Of a stretch of DNA of 46,523 nt, positions 45,631-46,523 are shown piece after piece; within the stretch, counting starts at the first letter, position 1, and every line of letters starts with the position of its first letter. The stretch lies in IMG/VR virus record IMGVR_UViG_3300037790_000021, positions 1-46,523 of that record; one strand, given 5' to 3'. Source of the stretch: a virus. Its lineage: Duplodnaviria; Caudoviricetes. The notes beneath the pieces were generated by a model. It was not told the DNA's origin and searched no databases. It saw only the letters and a list, made by a program, of their open reading frames with translations. Position numbers and translations under genes: made by a program.

Positions 45631-46523
45631 ATGGCATCACGTACTATTTACACTGGAATTTTCCGTGCTGGTTTTCCGCACCTATCAGAACCGCACGCAG
45701 CCAATGCCAACGACGACCCGAAGTTTAGCGTTCAAGCTATGTTCCCTAAGACTGGCGTTTGCCCTATCAACAATAAACCTGTGTGTTCTTGGGAAACAAT
45801 CTTTTCTGCACTAGATGAAGTGTGTCAGGAACAGTGGCAAATGACTTTTGAACAGGCTACAGCACCGGGTATGGGTATTCAGTTTCCACCACGTTTCCAA
45901 GACGGTGACACTAAGCTACAGAAAGACGCTCAGGGTCGTCCTATTCCGGGTCAAGTTCGCCCTGAAACAGCAGGTATGTGGCTAATCAGTTTCAAGAACG
46001 CAGACCCTGTGGGTGTAGCTGCACCGACTGGTGAAGACATTGACCCTAAAGCGATTTACGCAGGTTGTTGGGGTCGTGCGCAGGTAGAGGTGTCAGCGTA
46101 TGACGGTAAGCAAGGTCGTGTAGTAGCTATCAAGCTTCTTAACTTCCAGCTTTGCTACGACGATGAATCACTAGGTGGACGTGCACCGCAGCAATCAGCA
46201 GGTCAAGCGTTTGGCTCTATGGCTGTTGACGATTCTAACGTTACAGCAGGTACACACGCACCTGCTATCCCACCAGCAGCAGGGGGTACTTCGTCTGCAC
46301 CAGTAGCTAAGAAGTTGGTTGCAGTACCGGGCGCACAGTACACCATCGAAGCTTGTCAACAATCTGGTTGGACTGAACAGCAGATGATTGATAACGGCAT
46401 TGCTAAGTACGAAGAAGCACCTGCACCAGCGGCAGCACCTGCACCAGCGGCAGCACCTGCACCAGCGGCAGCACCTGCACCAGCGGCAGCACCTGCACCA
46501 GCGGCAGCACCTGCACCAGCGGC
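45631..46523 (+). CDS. DUF2815-family ssDNA-binding protein, 5' part (continues at 1-265; not in ORF track)
   Basis: MASRTIYTGIFRAGFPHLSEP...PKFSVQAMFPK...FQDGD...IYAGCWGRA...YDGKQGRVVAIKLLNFQLCYDDESLGG; AAGGAAG RBS. Confidence 0.88.
   Translation, partial: MASRTIYTGIFRAGFPHLSEPHAANANDDPKFSVQAMFPKTGVCPINNKPVCSWETIFSALDEVCQEQWQMTFEQATAPGMGIQFPPRFQDGDTKLQKDAQGRPIPGQVRPETAGMWLISFKNADPVGVAAPTGEDIDPKAIYAGCWGRAQVEVSAYDGKQGRVVAIKLLNFQLCYDDESLGGRAPQQSAGQAFGSMAVDDSNVTAGTHAPAIPPAAGGTSSAPVAKKLVAVPGAQYTIEACQQSGWTEQQMIDNGIAKYEEAPAPAAAPAPAAAPAPAAAPAPAAAPAPAAAPAPA
46417..46523 (+). repeat. 18-bp tandem repeat (APAPAA), about 6 units, truncated by the contig end
   Basis: Seen directly. Confidence 0.97.

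Noticed and set aside
1-46523. Temperate (integrating) lifestyle module, diversity-generating retroelement, introns or inteins
   Set aside because: No integrase, CI-like repressor, reverse transcriptase, homing endonuclease or intein motifs were recognised.

Overview
The window looks like an essentially complete (~46.5 kb) tailed dsDNA phage genome of siphovirus type. The contig is broken inside an 18-bp tandem repeat in the SSB gene, so its two ends join. A Gammaproteobacterial host is inferred from spanins, PapB-like regulators and IHF-like sites. Modules are as follows. (1) Replication and recombination: DUF2800 exonuclease, DUF2815 SSB, VRR-NUC nuclease, primase-helicase, SF2 helicase and a family B DNA polymerase. 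(2) A leftward block of small accessory genes (3.4-10.3 kb), including adjacent ParB-like and Toprim-like genes that each carry one in-frame stop, a MazG-like gene and an uncalled Acb2/Tad1-like ORF. (3) A 1.4-kb non-coding control region with mirror-symmetric origin-like architecture, flanked by two candidate structured RNAs. (4) A lambda-like cos site, terminase, gpW and portal, followed by a displaced spanin/holin cassette, a protease-capsid fusion, and tail genes that include a GroES homologue but no tail assembly chaperone at the usual position, and finally an endolysin. No integrase, tRNA or CRISPR array was seen. Two genome-wide DNA signals stand out: a 14-bp palindromic operator (ACYRTTNNAAYRGT) overlapping nearly every promoter, and a dispersed palindromic octamer TAACGTTA (29 copies counted by eye). 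All protein calls come from motif recognition by eye; no database searches were run.
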